DNA of 64,000 bases. Source: an uncultured delta proteobacterium. GTDB lineage: Bacteria; Myxococcota_A; Polyangia; Fen-1088. The notes beneath the pieces are model-generated. The model was not told where the DNA came from, did not search any database, and saw only the letters and a program-made list of their open reading frames with translations. Positions within the stretch are counted from its first letter, which is position 1. Every line of letters starts with the position of its first letter. The position numbers were made by a program, and so were the translations under genes. Shown here piece by piece: positions 1-10,956 of the stretch. The stretch is taken from positions 1,024,001-1,088,000 of the forward strand of contig CAVTRY010000011.1 in assembly GCA_963737265.1 (NCBI GenBank), given 5' to 3'.

Positions 1-254
1 CATCATCTACGGCGCGCGGGTTTTTGATGTCTGAAGTGGACCCCTTTGGTAGGACCAGAAATGGCCCGAGCTAAGAGAGAGTCCGCGTGGGTTTGTTTGT
101 AGATCCGGGTGAGCCTCGCCGGCAAGGAAATTGTTGAGAGCGGAGGCATGCTGATGGCTGCTGTCCACGGATGCAATGCGCGCACGGCCCCACAGAAGCA
201 GGTGAACGCGTTGCAGTTGTGGGCAGCGTGCCATCAGCATGATGCAGCGGCGAT

Positions 255-1091
255 TTAGGCGGCCTCTTTCATCGCCGACTTCTTTAGTTCGAATTCGTAA
301 AACGCTACGGGTGTCTGAAATCCAAGGGTTTGGTGAGGCCGCCTGTGGTTGTACTTGTCCAGGTAGATCGCGATGCCACTGCGGGCGTCGGCCACGTCTC
401 GGTAGTCGTTCAAGTAGACCTCCTCGCATTTGACAGACCGCCATAGACGCTCGACGAAGATGTTGTCCATGAATCGGCCGCGACCGTCCATGCTGACCTT
501 TACGCCCTTGTCCAGCAAAACCGATGTGAAGTTGTCGTCGGTAAACTGCGACCCCTGGTCGGTGTTGAAGATCTCCGGCAAGCCGAAGTTCGCAAGAGCT
601 TCTTCCACGACCTCGATGCAAAAACGGCTGTCCATCGTGTTTGAAATGCGCCAGGACAGAACCCGGCGCGTGTACCAATCCATCACGGCGACCAGGTAGC
701 AATGCCCCTGTCTCGTCGGGATGTACGTGATATCCGAGGCCCACACCTGATTGGGCCGAATGATCGCGAGATGGCGCAGCAAGTACGGGAATTTCGTATG
801 TTCCGGCGCGGGGACGGTCGTCCGTGGTTTGGGCGCCAGCGCTTCGATGCCCATGATTCGCATCAGTCTCTGCACCCGTTTGCGATTCACCGTCTGCCCC
901 TGTGCCTTTAGCAACCGTGACAGCTTCCGGCTGCCGAATGCTGGCAATTCGAGATGCAGCTTGTCCAGCTCCTTGCAGATGGCCAGATCTTCCTCTGCCA
1001 TCGGCATCGGCTCCCAGTAGATGCCCGATCTCGCAAGATTCAGCAGCTCGCACTGCCGACGGACAGATAGGTCGTTGTGGGGCTCGATCAT
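255..1091 (-). CDS. IS3 transposase OrfB (rve/DDE domain)
   Basis: WASDITYI, FNTDQGSQFT, DNIFVERLWRSVK motifs. Confidence 0.95.
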   Translation of the reverse strand: MIEPHNDLSVRRQCELLNLARSGIYWEPMPMAEEDLAICKELDKLHLELPAFGSRKLSRLLKAQGQTVNRKRVQRLMRIMGIEALAPKPRTTVPAPEHTKFPYLLRHLAIIRPNQVWASDITYIPTRQGHCYLVAVMDWYTRRVLSWRISNTMDSRFCIEVVEEALANFGLPEIFNTDQGSQFTDDNFTSVLLDKGVKVSMDGRGRFMDNIFVERLWRSVKCEEVYLNDYRDVADARSGIAIYLDKYNHRRPHQTLGFQTPVAFYEFELKKSAMKEAA

Positions 1092-1105
1092 GGCGCGCTT
1101 CTCCG

Positions 1106-1399
1106 TCAGCGAATGCGCGCGAGCCCGCGTGCTAAAAAATCATTCTCCAGCGTCAGCTGCCCCACCTTGCGCAGCAATTCCGATTCGCGTTCGGCGTTCG
1201 CCGATTCCTCTGCATTTGCATGGCCTGGTTCGAAAACCATGGCCAGCCGTGTGACGGCTTCCTTCTTCCACTTGTGAACCAGGTTCGGGTTGATCTTGTA
1301 TCGGCGCCCGATCTCCACAACCGTTGCCTGCTCCCGCATGGCTTCGAGAGCTACCTGCGCCTTGAAGAGTGCTGTGTGCTTTTGGCGGTTCGTTTTCAT
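1106..1399 (-). CDS. IS3 transposase OrfA (HTH); -1 frameshift into OrfB
   Basis: HTH-like FKAQVALEAM..INPNLVHKWKK; slippery T-TTT-TTA near the 3' end, whose -1 frame runs without a stop into orfB. Confidence 0.93.
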   Translation of the reverse strand: MKTNRQKHTALFKAQVALEAMREQATVVEIGRRYKINPNLVHKWKKEAVTRLAMVFEPGHANAEESANAERESELLRKVGQLTLENDFLARGLARIR

Positions 1400-1641
1400 C
1401 GTGTCCTGCCTCGTTGTTGAGGCGGACTACACCTTAGCTCCTGGTCCCATTTTTGGGGTCCACTTCAGTCTACTCGTACAACCCCATTACCTTTCTTCTC
1501 ACCCTCGCGGCCCGCGCCACCCACATCGACATCCCGTGGCCGCGCGACACCCTCCTCGACGCAAACATGGAGCCGCGGCGCCTTTCCATCCTATATTTTG
1601 GAAGTGGCGACAAGCAGGGTCATGCCGATCATGCCGGCGGA

Positions 1642-2001
1642 CTAGTCGAAGGTGACTGTGCGATCGCACCCTGCCGCGGTGGCAGTGCGCTCGACCAGGC
1701 AATCGGCAAAGTCCGCCTTTCCGTGCTCGAAAAGGCGAAGTGCCTGCCAGACGGTTTCCGCTTCTTGTACGATCAGTTGGCGCGTTTCCAGGATGCGACG
1801 GATGATCTTGCACTGCTCGTCTCGCGAAGCGGAATAGCAGCTCGCGGCCACCCACACGACCTCGGCTGGCACGACAAGTCCAACGAAGCCGGGATTGGAC
1901 TCGCTGCACTCGCGCTCGATGAGGGCCGTGGCCCTTCGCGATTGGACAGGATCATCTTGGGCGATGTAGCGAACGAGCACATTGGTTTCGATCCCGATCA
2001 A
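1642..2001 (-). CDS. vapC: VapC/PIN-domain toxin, probably shortened by a premature amber stop
   Basis: IETNVLVRY, EVVWV, ADFADCL, TFD motifs; overlaps upstream AbrB-type gene. Confidence 0.85.
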   Translation of the reverse strand: MIGIETNVLVRYIAQDDPVQSRRATALIERECSESNPGFVGLVVPAEVVWVAASCYSASRDEQCKIIRRILETRQLIVQEAETVWQALRLFEHGKADFADCLVERTATAAGCDRTVTFD

Positions 2002-2237
2002 CGTCCTGCCCCCCGCAGGCGAATCAATTTCTTCATGTCCTCGATAGACACGGGCTTAGCCGGCTTGCGCAGGAGCCCCTTGAGGGATCGCACATCCGCG
2101 ACCGCAGGCCGGATGAGGAACTCACCGTTCGTGGCTTCGACGAACTCGATTCGGGTCCCAGCCTCCAGGTTCAAACGTTCTCGCACATCCAAAGGAATGG
2201 TGACTTGTCCCTTGCTAGTGAGCGTCGCCGTGGCCAT
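1998..2237 (-). CDS. AbrB/MazE/SpoVT-family antitoxin
   Basis: LTSKGQVTIPLDVRERLNL signature; coupled to PIN gene. Confidence 0.9.
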   Translation of the reverse strand: MATATLTSKGQVTIPLDVRERLNLEAGTRIEFVEATNGEFLIRPAVADVRSLKGLLRKPAKPVSIEDMKKLIRLRGAGR

Positions 2238-2560
2238 GGATGTTCTCCTTAGGCCCCACCTTGTTCAACCGCCTGAACGCTCTTTCCAGCTCCACGTGCC
2301 TTGAGCGCTAAGTTGAGCTGGAACTGGGTCGGAACATTCTGGGTGAGCCGGTACTCGAAACCCGAGGTCACGGCCCGCTGGGCCCGATGAGCAGCGAGAG
2401 ACCAGCCGCTGCAAATGAGAACCACGACCAAGCCCGCCACGTCCTTCGCCGACGAGCTCAAGCTCCCGCCGCTTATCGGAACCGACCTCAAACCCAAACG
2501 GCGCGACCAGATTCCGCTCATCGAGCTGCCGCCAACGAATCAGAGGTAGAAGCAGAAGTT

Positions 2561-3496
2561 TCAGCGCGCGCCGAAGACGGCCAGCACCTCGGCCAGCGAC
2601 GCCCCGCCGGAGGCGAGAAGCTGGCACTGGGCCGGCGTAAGTGCACCTACGGCCTTCTCGCTGGCGGCGGTGTTGGTGGTGTGCAGAGGCCAAAAGCGCG
2701 ATCCCTTGTGCTCGGGGTTCGCCAGGTACGCCAGCATCAGGGGCGGCGCCGGACCGAGGGCGACCAGCATGCGGGTCGCGGTCCAGACGAGCGACGGCGT
2801 GGGGGCGACTGGACCTAGGCGTCGGCGGATAAGCTCGAGCCAGAAGGCGCGCATGCCGTCGGTCGGCGTGGGACATTCCACGATCACGGTTTGCTTGGGC
2901 GACTCGGGCACCTTGGAGCAGACTTGGTCGCAGGCGGTCATGAGCGTGCTAAGGGCGTAGCCGCCGCCCTCGTTCAAGTCACCGATGGCGACCCGCAGCT
3001 CGAAGAAGCTCGATGCCGCCAGCAGCGCATCGAGCGGAAGCGCGGGCGCGTTCTGATCGAGCGTTTGTTTGAGCCAGTCGACCTGGGTGGCCAAATCCTG
3101 GGCGGACAGGTCGCGCGCCGCCTCCGCCACCACGGTCGCCGCCTCGAAGAAGGGCGCAAAGATCGACGGTACGAGCGGCACGGTATCGATGAGATTGCGG
3201 ATTTCGAGCGGCACCGAGATGACCAAGGGGAAACGGCGGCCGACCCCATCTTCTCCGGGAACGAAGACGCCCACGAAGGCGCCGCCCGACGGAGACACCA
3301 AGAGAAAATGCGCGGCCTCCGCCGGCAAGACGGTGTGCTCGGCGTGCAGGCATTCAACCCCCTGCTGAAACCAGAGATCGAGTCCGGCCTGTTGAAAGTC
3401 CCCGGCATTCACGCGCACGAAATCCCGTTCGGCGAGGATCTTTCCGTAAAGACCCACCGCGGGTTCCTTTATGCGCGACAGCGAATCACTCGACAT
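2561..3496 (-). CDS. tagF: Type VI secretion-associated protein TagF
   Basis: GLYGK...RDFV and PGEDGVGRRFPL motifs; directly after tssM; start set to ATG 3496. Confidence 0.85.
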   Translation of the reverse strand: MSSDSLSRIKEPAVGLYGKILAERDFVRVNAGDFQQAGLDLWFQQGVECLHAEHTVLPAEAAHFLLVSPSGGAFVGVFVPGEDGVGRRFPLVISVPLEIRNLIDTVPLVPSIFAPFFEAATVVAEAARDLSAQDLATQVDWLKQTLDQNAPALPLDALLAASSFFELRVAIGDLNEGGGYALSTLMTACDQVCSKVPESPKQTVIVECPTPTDGMRAFWLELIRRRLGPVAPTPSLVWTATRMLVALGPAPPLMLAYLANPEHKGSRFWPLHTTNTAASEKAVGALTPAQCQLLASGGASLAEVLAVFGAR

Positions 3497-3507
3497 GGTG
3501 GTCCCGC

Positions 3508-6500
3508 CTAATTTCGGCAGCTTCCGCCGCTGGTGGTGGCGCTCCTGGGCAGCGCGAATTTCTGGAAGATCTCGCGGATGTTCTCCGGCTTGAAATCGAT
3601 CTGGATCTTGTTTTGCCCGTTGGCGGGCGAGAACGTCAGCGACACGTAGTCGCCGTTCTTCGACGGATTCGCGGCTTGCCCTAGCAAGTAAAACAGAGCC
3701 CACTCACTCTCGTCGCGAGGGCCGAATGATTCAACCTCATCGCTCCTCACGAACAGGCGGATGTTGGCGCGACGTACCGGCCACACGAATTCGTCCCAGC
3801 GATCGACCGCATTGAGCCCGGTAATCCTCTTGACGCCAAGATCCAGGATGATCTTCGAATACTGCGTCGACGGCCGAATATGAACAGCGACCGGCATGCC
3901 GACCTTGGATGGCTCCCTGGCGAAAAGGCGCGTGGTCAGATCCTGCGCATGCGAGAGAAACTTGAGAAAATCGTCGCGGTAGTGGACGGCGGCGCCGTCC
4001 TTCATGCGAAAAATCGAGCCCACACGTTCGATGTCGGCTGCGAGCGAATCGTTGAAGTACTGCCATAGCGTCCCGGTGGCAGGTTGAAAAAACTTCTCGA
4101 TGTCGGCGATCTTGGCCTCGCCCGAGGTCCTGACGGTGGCAAAGGGATACTTTCCCGCCAGCAGTTGGTCGAAGGCCACGAACACGGTCTCGCACCATTT
4201 CCGATTGGCCGAATCCGCGCTAGCCCCGACGATCGCGACCTCGCCGCCGCGCAACGGGGGCATGAGGATCTTCTCCAGCATGCCCTGTTCCCAGCCCTGG
4301 TCGTTGTAGCGTGCGATGAGGTTGGACAGGTTCGTCCGCTGGGTCTTGATCGCGTTCTGAAAGGCCTTGCCGTCCGGCATCCCTTGATCGCCCATGGCGG
4401 CCGCGACCTCGGTGAGAATCTGGCCGTACTGCTCGAACCCGGTCGGCTTGACCGAACCGAAACGCAGGAGACCCTCGAACGCGGTGGCCACCTGCTTCGC
4501 GCCCGGATCCCGGTCGTCGTCGCTGGTTTCAGGCTTGGCCGGCCGTGGATCGTTGATTCCCTTCTCCGCCGCCTTGTCTCTCATCATCCCCAGCGCCCGG
4601 TCCGCCAGCGATGCTTCATCCTTGAGGGTCAGGTTCTCGCTGACATTCTTCCAGATCGCCTCGAACGGTTTGTCGGCGTTGAGCTTCTTGAACAGCGCGC
4701 GCGACTCGTCGAGCGACGCCGGCTCGTGCATGGCGAGCGTGAGGAGGAATCGCTTCCAAGCGTTGATGTACTGGACGAAGTAGTCCGCCTTGATTTTGGC
4801 GATGGCGCGCGCGTCCTTGGCCTTACGTTCCTTGCCCAAAATCCACGCGCCTTCGTCGTCGTCCTGGTCCTTTTGAAGTTGGGCCAGCCGTTTCTTGACG
4901 GCGATGTAGCCGGCGGGCGTGAAGGCGCCGCGAACCGCGGCCTCTTTCTTGGCCTTGCCTTCCTGAGGCGGCGTGAAGAACACCACCGCGCTACCAAGGA
5001 GATCGATGGCCTTCAAATCGCGTGGCATGCCCGGGTCGTTGACGATTTCGGCCAGCGGGTCATCACCCGAGCCAATCAGGACCATGCGAGCATAGTTCAC
5101 GAACTTCTTGTCGCGGTCGATCATGTCGGCGGGATCCGCGATCCCGTTGGCGTAGAACTTGACCAGGTTTTCCAGCACGCGCGGCGCTCGCCCAGCCGCC
5201 GCCTGATTGGTCAGGCTCACCCAGCGGGCGGACGCCTTTTCGGATGCCAGCTTGACCGCGTCTTGCCAACGGTCGGTGCGCGGCGTGGGCTCGTCGGGCT
5301 GTTTCTCTTGCGTCAGCAGCAGGTGAAGCACCAGCGCATCCATCAACTCGGAAGCCCCGAGGCCGCCCGCGGCCTTGACCAGATCGGCGCGCAGAATGGG
5401 TCGCACGACTAGGCGTTCGACCGCGACTTGCAACTGCCTCGTCACGGCGGCGCGCGGAAACAGCACCGAGCTGCTGCCCCCCTCCGACAGCGACTTGGCC
5501 AGGTCTTCCACCGATTCAAGCCCCGCGGCCGTTACCAGGCCGGTCGCTTCCCGGCTGGACTTGGTGGCCGCGAGCCTGTCGATCCCTCGTAGCGCGTCCT
5601 TGGCGTAAGTCGAGTTCGCGCTGTACGACTGCAGCGGAATCAGAAGAAATCCAGCCGCCAGAAGAAACGCGCAGGCGGCGATGGCGATCTGACGAATGCG
5701 CTGCTGACGGATCACGCGCGTACTGCGAACCGCGGCCTGTTGATCGGGGAAGACGACCGAGGTGAAAACCTCGCGCAAGAAGTAGCTTTTGGGCCTACTG
5801 ACCGCGACGGCCGCGGCGGCTTTACTCGACACGCCGAAGGCCGCGGCCATGTTCTGCATGATGCGATCGATGGGGCGGCCTTCTTGCGTACCGCTGGTGA
5901 AGTACACGCCGCGCAGGATGGGGGCATCCTGATAGACATTCTCGGCGAAAAGGTCGGCCACCAAGGCGGACAGGTTCCGGCCAACGGCGCCGAGCTGCTG
6001 CGAGAATTCCGAAGATCTTGAAGCGCGCGTCCACGCGCCGCTCTTCGGAAAGCCGCGTGAACGCCCGCTGCCCAGCCACGTCGACCAGCTCCTCCAAGTG
6101 CTCGTTGAACAGATCGGCGCGCTCGTCGGGGCTGGCCATAAGCGGCAAAGTGAGTCCCCAAATCTGGCCGCGCTCCTTGTCGCGCAGATCGCCGAACATC
6201 TCGACGAAACCGGGCACGAGGTCGCTCTTGGTGACGAGCAAATACACCGGCACCACCATGTCGAGGCGGCCGGTGACTTCGTCGAGTCGATCGCGCAGGG
6301 CCTTGGAGAGCGCCGCGATTCCGTCTTCGCCGCCTTCGAGATCGAGCAAGCTGACCGCGAGCAGGATGCCGTTGACCGGCTTTCCCGGACGCGTCTTGCG
6401 CAAAAGATCCAAGAACGCCAGCCATTCATCGTGATCGTCGTTCTGGGTCGACCAGCGGCCCGCGGTGTCGAGGATGATGGCTTCGTTGGTGAGCCACCAG

Positions 6501-6964
6501 TCGCAGTTGCGGGTGCCGCCCACGCCCTTGACCTTGCCGCCCTTGGCGTACGGAAATTGTAGACCCGAGCTGCGCAGGGCCGTGGTCTTGCCCGACCCTG
6601 GTGGACCGATGATGATGTACCAGGGAAGGATGCCTAGGGCGTCGCGGCCCTTGTGCCCGAGGCGAGACGACTTGAGCCCCTGGATGGCCTTCTGAAACTC
6701 GACCTGCATGGCGACGATTTCCGCCTGCTGATCGGGTCGCGTGCTGCCGGCCGACCGGCCCGCGAGATCGCCCAGTCCATTTTCGAGGGCGCCGGCCGAT
6801 CGCCGCCCGGCGAGCGCGCGGTAGATGGCCAAGGCCGCCAGGCCGAGAACGATGACCACCGTCAAAACGATCGCCGCCAAGAACAGCAGCGAAACACCGT
6901 GAAAGACCAGCGCCGCCGCCCACGCCAATGCGATGAAAATGGCCCCAAAAATGTACTTGAGCAC
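3508..6964 (-). CDS. tssM: T6SS membrane subunit TssM/IcmF, split by one +1 frameshift near 6010
   Basis: N-terminal TM helices, LPWYIIIGPPGSGKTT, NCDWW, LDTAGRW, then LRGVYFTSGTQEG in the next frame; removing one base gives RFKIFEFSQQL. Confidence 0.9.
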
Positions 6965-6974
6965 GGTGTGACCT

Positions 6975-7643
6975 CTAGTGCGCCAGCTTTTCGACTCGAG
7001 AAGTAACGTCGGCCACTTGACCATCGAACGACAGGCGAAGGCCGACGAAAACACCGAGCGCGAGGGCGAAAACGCCGAGCGAAACCCACAGCAGTAGATT
7101 GCTGTTCGCCCGCCGCACCAGCGGTTCGTCGGGCGGCTCGCCCGCGGGAGAAAGCGCATCCGGCACTTCGATGCTCCGTTCGAGCTGATTTCGCACGCCA
7201 TCCGTGATTCGCAAAAGCTCGACATTGCCGCCGGGGAAGCCGTACTTGCCTTGGAATCCGAACAGCAGGCAGAGGTGATACACGCGCAAGACTTCGATGC
7301 GACGCCCGTCGCTCAAGAGCGCCTGCAAGCGAGCGAAGAAGCCTTCGCCTGCCACGTTTTCGCCGAAGTAATGCAGTTGCAGCGGCTGACTCATCCAATA
7401 GGATCGCAACGGCTCGGGCGTGGTCAGCGCGATCTCGTCGGTAAGCGCTACAATGGCGTACACGATGTCCTGCGTGTCCTTGTCGGGAATTCCGCGTATG
7501 CGCGCGCGTTCCTTCAGCGCCTCGATGGAGGCGCGTACGCGCGCATGCGCCGCCTCGGGCGACGGCACAGGACCGTCGAGCTCACGCAAGCGCGCGATGG
7601 CGCCGAAACATTCCCCGGTCAGATCTTGAACCAAGTCAGCCAT
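6975..7643 (-). CDS. tssL: T6SS TssL/DotU
   Basis: YAIVALTDE, PLQLHYFGENVAGEGFF, YHLCLLFGFQGKY, C-terminal TM helix. Confidence 0.93.
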   Translation of the reverse strand: MADLVQDLTGECFGAIARLRELDGPVPSPEAAHARVRASIEALKERARIRGIPDKDTQDIVYAIVALTDEIALTTPEPLRSYWMSQPLQLHYFGENVAGEGFFARLQALLSDGRRIEVLRVYHLCLLFGFQGKYGFPGGNVELLRITDGVRNQLERSIEVPDALSPAGEPPDEPLVRRANSNLLLWVSLGVFALALGVFVGLRLSFDGQVADVTSRVEKLAH

Positions 7644-7655
7644 GATTTCGCCGCC

Positions 7656-9044
7656 TCAGCCTTTGCTCGGGATGCCATACAACTCAATCTTCACCTGGGA
7701 GGGATCGAATGGCGGAGGTGCGTAGATCGCCACCTTGCGCTCGCTAAGAACGTGCCGCCAGTGATCGATGGTGGTGTCCATCAGGAAATAGACGATACCC
7801 GGCCGGACGGGAATTTCGGCCGGCGGCCGGTGGGTTACGTGCAGCGGAACCCCGCGAGTCGCCGCTCGCATAAGGAAGGGCAACTGGGTCAGCGACGCAA
7901 TCTTGGCCCGACCGGCAAGCTCGCGCGCGAGCTGTTCGATGGGCATGCTTGACTGCGCGCCGAGGACGAACTGCTGGCACTTGAGAATACGCTCGTCGCT
8001 CAAGTTGCCGATATGGATGCCCTCGCGAATCTCCATCGGCACGCGCACGCACAGCTCGCGCAGGTTCGCGCGCAGAAGGCCGGTCAGAAGCGCGAACAGC
8101 TCCTCGAAGGTCGACCGTAGGTCGGTAAAAACGAAGGGCGGGAAGGCCGACGGATCGGTGTCGGTGGCGAAGGTCGAGAGCTGCCCCGCGCTTTGCACGA
8201 GAAAGATGTAGAGCTCGCGCGGACTCACCTCGCCGTTGCGGCCCGCGTGCACGAGGTAGGGAATGGTCGCGTTCAAAGCCGCGAGCTGCAGGTAGCGAGT
8301 GACGTCGTTGGCGCCGAACTCGATTGAGGCCGAGTCGCGTTGCTGCCTTTCGGCGGAGAGTTGGCGCTGCTTGGCCACCATCAAGGCGAGCAGGCGCTGC
8401 ACGCCGCCCATCAGAAATGACGATGCTGAAATGGTCAGCACCGACGGAATGAAGGCGTCGCTGACGAGGAGAGCACCGCCCGCGTCGCGCACCACCTCGG
8501 CGATCTTGATGGAATCGTAGTCGTCGCGCGCGTCGTTGCCGAACAGCACGGTCACGTTGCGCTGGGCGAAAGCCATGGTCAGGTCGGCGGCCTCCCCCGT
8601 CATGTCCACGATCTTCTGGCTGGCGCTGCGAAAACGTGTCCGAATGGCGGTCTTACCCGCAGGTACCTTGGCGTCGCCGGTGGTTTCCGCCGCCACCGAA
8701 GGCACACCGTCGCGTTCTTTCGGCACCGCCAAGAAAACTTCGAGGGCCGACAGCTGCGGCGGAAAGTTCGCACCAATCGGACGCGCCGCGGGAGCCTCCG
8801 GATCTCCGGCTTTGAAATTGAGAGCAAGTCCATCGGGCAGGATGCCGGAGAACTTGGTCACCACCAACTGATCGGCCGCGAGCGCGCCCGTGTCGATCTC
8901 GATGTTGGTAATGCCCCAACTCAGCGTCGCGGTGGCGGCAAAGCGCCAATCGAGCAACCGTTCGTGGTACAGGTCCGCCTGCTGCATGTGCTGGGGCGAC
9001 ACCAGCATGCCTTCCGACCAAACGACTCGCTGAATACCCTTCAT
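7656..9044 (-). CDS. tssK: T6SS baseplate subunit TssK
   Basis: RVVWSEGMLVSPQHMQQ N-terminus; position between tssJ and tssL. Confidence 0.93.
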   Translation of the reverse strand: MKGIQRVVWSEGMLVSPQHMQQADLYHERLLDWRFAATATLSWGITNIEIDTGALAADQLVVTKFSGILPDGLALNFKAGDPEAPAARPIGANFPPQLSALEVFLAVPKERDGVPSVAAETTGDAKVPAGKTAIRTRFRSASQKIVDMTGEAADLTMAFAQRNVTVLFGNDARDDYDSIKIAEVVRDAGGALLVSDAFIPSVLTISASSFLMGGVQRLLALMVAKQRQLSAERQQRDSASIEFGANDVTRYLQLAALNATIPYLVHAGRNGEVSPRELYIFLVQSAGQLSTFATDTDPSAFPPFVFTDLRSTFEELFALLTGLLRANLRELCVRVPMEIREGIHIGNLSDERILKCQQFVLGAQSSMPIEQLARELAGRAKIASLTQLPFLMRAATRGVPLHVTHRPPAEIPVRPGIVYFLMDTTIDHWRHVLSERKVAIYAPPPFDPSQVKIELYGIPSKG

Positions 9045-9054
9045 GGTGTGAACC

Positions 9055-9585
9055 TCATCGCATCTCCACTCGGCTATCATCTAAGGTGAACTTCAGTATC
9101 GATGCCGCCAGCGCCGCCGGGGTCGTCCCGTGACAGTGCTGGGAATCTGGGGCCGGAAGCTTCCTGACAGCTCGCCACGACGGCCCGAGCGGGCGGCGAA
9201 AGAACGCCACGACCGCCAGGCTGGTCGCGCCCTCGCCACGCACCATGGCCGGCGAGGCTTTCTCACCTGGGTAGAGAGTAATCTCTTGCGCCGACACGAA
9301 GTCCTCGCCTAAGACAGCCCGGTCGCCGTCGAGGATTCGATCCAGTGTGGACTCGATCAGCTTGCCGGTATCCTTGAGCTGATAGAGGCGCACCGTGGTG
9401 GCGAGGGATTCGCCATTTTCACCGGGGTTCAAGTGTTGGGAGGCGGTCAAGGTCACACGCAGCGGCTCCGGCGTCGTGCATGGCGAAGGCGGCGGCGGCG
9501 GCGGTGGCGGTGGCGCGTGCCCGCAAGAAGCCAAAATCGCGACCGCGCTGGCCAACACGGCGGACTTCAAACAGTTTTTGGTCAT
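9055..9585 (-). CDS. tssJ: T6SS lipoprotein TssJ
   Basis: Lipobox LASC, LNPGENG, VRLYQLKD, VVAFFRRP, WR motifs. Confidence 0.9.
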   Translation of the reverse strand: MTKNCLKSAVLASAVAILASCGHAPPPPPPPPPSPCTTPEPLRVTLTASQHLNPGENGESLATTVRLYQLKDTGKLIESTLDRILDGDRAVLGEDFVSAQEITLYPGEKASPAMVRGEGATSLAVVAFFRRPLGPSWRAVRKLPAPDSQHCHGTTPAALAASILKFTLDDSRVEMR

Positions 9586-9654
9586 GGTCGGAAGGCTTGC
9601 AGCTTGCCAGCATCACGTGTCACACGCAACAACAGAGCGGAACCCGGTGTCATG

Positions 9655-9835
9655 GGGCTTCAGGGCGTCGGGCTCCAGGCGTCGGGCTTCAGGCTTCAGG
9701 CTAAGTGCAGACTCGTGAGTCGAGATCCAGCAAAGCTCAAGGTCGTCGTGATCGCCGCTCTCGACCAGACAACCTGCAGCCTGAAGCCTGCAGCCTGCAG
9801 CCTGAAGCCTTGGGTTAGCTAGCCTGAAGCCTTGG
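9655..9835. repeat. Two facing arrays of degenerate 7-nt tandem repeats
   Basis: GGCTTCA/GGCGTCG/GGCTCCA units at 9655-9702; complementary GCCTGAA/GCCTGCA units at 9773-9835. Confidence 0.85.
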
Positions 9836-9921
9836 GCCGGCAGCAATCGGCGAGAGGCCGATCGATCTTGACAACCTCCGTTACGTGAGACATGTGTCTA
9901 TCTATACAGACGTCACCAAGG

Positions 9922-10956
9922 ATGACTCCTCCAATGATCACAAAACCGACCACAAGATCGACACTGGCTTTGTTTGTCCTGTCCGCCCTGCTCTGGGAGG
10001 CGCCGGCCACCGCGAAAGACATCACGCTTCTCAACGTTTCCTACGACCCCACCCGCGAGCTGTACCACGATTTCAACGCCGCGTTCGCAAAGTTCTGGAA
10101 GGGCAAGACTGGCGATGACGTGAAGGTGAATCAGTCGCACGGCGGCTCCGGCAAGCAGGCCCGCGCTGTCATCGACGGCCTCGATGCCGACGTGGTAACT
10201 CTGGCGCTGGCCTACGACATCGATGCCATTGCCGAAAACGGCGGCAAGTTGCCCAAGGACTGGCAGAAGAAGCTGCCGAACAACGCCTCGCCTTACACGT
10301 CCACCATCGTATTCGTCGTGCGCAAGGGCAACGCCAAGGGCATCAAGACCTGGGACGACCTGACCCGCCCCGATGTGAAGGTCATTACGCCCAACCCCAA
10401 GACCTCGGGCGGCGCACGCTGGAACTATCTGGCCGCCTGGGGATATGCCGCCCAAAAGTTCGGTGGAGACGAGTCCAAGATTCGAGACTTCGTGTCCAGA
10501 CTTTACAAAAACGTGCCGGTGCTCGACTCTGGCGCGCGCGGCTCGACCACGACCTTCGCCCAGCGCGGTCTAGGCGACGTTCTCATCGCCTGGGAAAACG
10601 AGGCATTTCTGCTCGTCGACGAGCTCGGCAAGGACAAGTTCGAGATCGTCGCGCCCGCCATCAGCATACTGGCCGAGCCTCCGGTGGCCGTGGTCGAGAC
10701 GAACGCGGCCAAGCACGGCACCGGCGACGTGGCGCGCGCCTATCTCGAATACCTCTATTCGGACGAGGGCCAAGAGGTCGCGACTCGCAATCACTACCGA
10801 CCGCGCAACGCCGCTGTGGCCGCCAAATACGCCAAGGGCTTCCCGACGATTCAGCTCTTTACAGTCGACGAAAAATTTGGCGGGTGGCAGAAGGCACAGA
10901 AGACCCACTTCGCCGACAACGGCACGTTTGACCAGCTCTATTCGGCCGGGAAGTAG
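9922..10956 (+). CDS. sbp: Sulfate ABC transporter substrate-binding protein
   Basis: [35 protein letters not shown]; start could be 9922 or 9934. Confidence 0.95.
   Translation: MTPPMITKPTTRSTLALFVLSALLWEAPATAKDITLLNVSYDPTRELYHDFNAAFAKFWKGKTGDDVKVNQSHGGSGKQARAVIDGLDADVVTLALAYDIDAIAENGGKLPKDWQKKLPNNASPYTSTIVFVVRKGNAKGIKTWDDLTRPDVKVITPNPKTSGGARWNYLAAWGYAAQKFGGDESKIRDFVSRLYKNVPVLDSGARGSTTTFAQRGLGDVLIAWENEAFLLVDELGKDKFEIVAPAISILAEPPVAVVETNAAKHGTGDVARAYLEYLYSDEGQEVATRNHYRPRNAAVAAKYAKGFPTIQLFTVDEKFGGWQKAQKTHFADNGTFDQLYSAGK

Larger units (their letters stand above)
32..1467 (-). mobile_element. IS3-family insertion sequence, copy 1 (1436 bp)
   Basis: Ends TGAAGTGGACCCC...GGGGTCCACTTCA (TG..CA, ~27-bp imperfect IRs); 3-bp direct repeat GTC at 29-31 and 1468-1470; orfA/orfB; near-identical to 37626-39061. 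Confidence 0.97.

Noticed and set aside
1453-2304. 283-aa plus-strand ORF
   Set aside because: Mostly antisense to the vapBC pair; only its first ~45 codons may belong to an unidentified gene cut by IS3, too little to call
9655-9835. Possible CRISPR array
   Set aside because: Units are 7 nt in tandem with no unique spacers, and no cas genes are present
9868-9911. TTGACA and a GTCT..AGAC palindrome upstream of sbp as promoter/operator
   Set aside because: No -10 box at normal spacing and no regulator to assign; too weak
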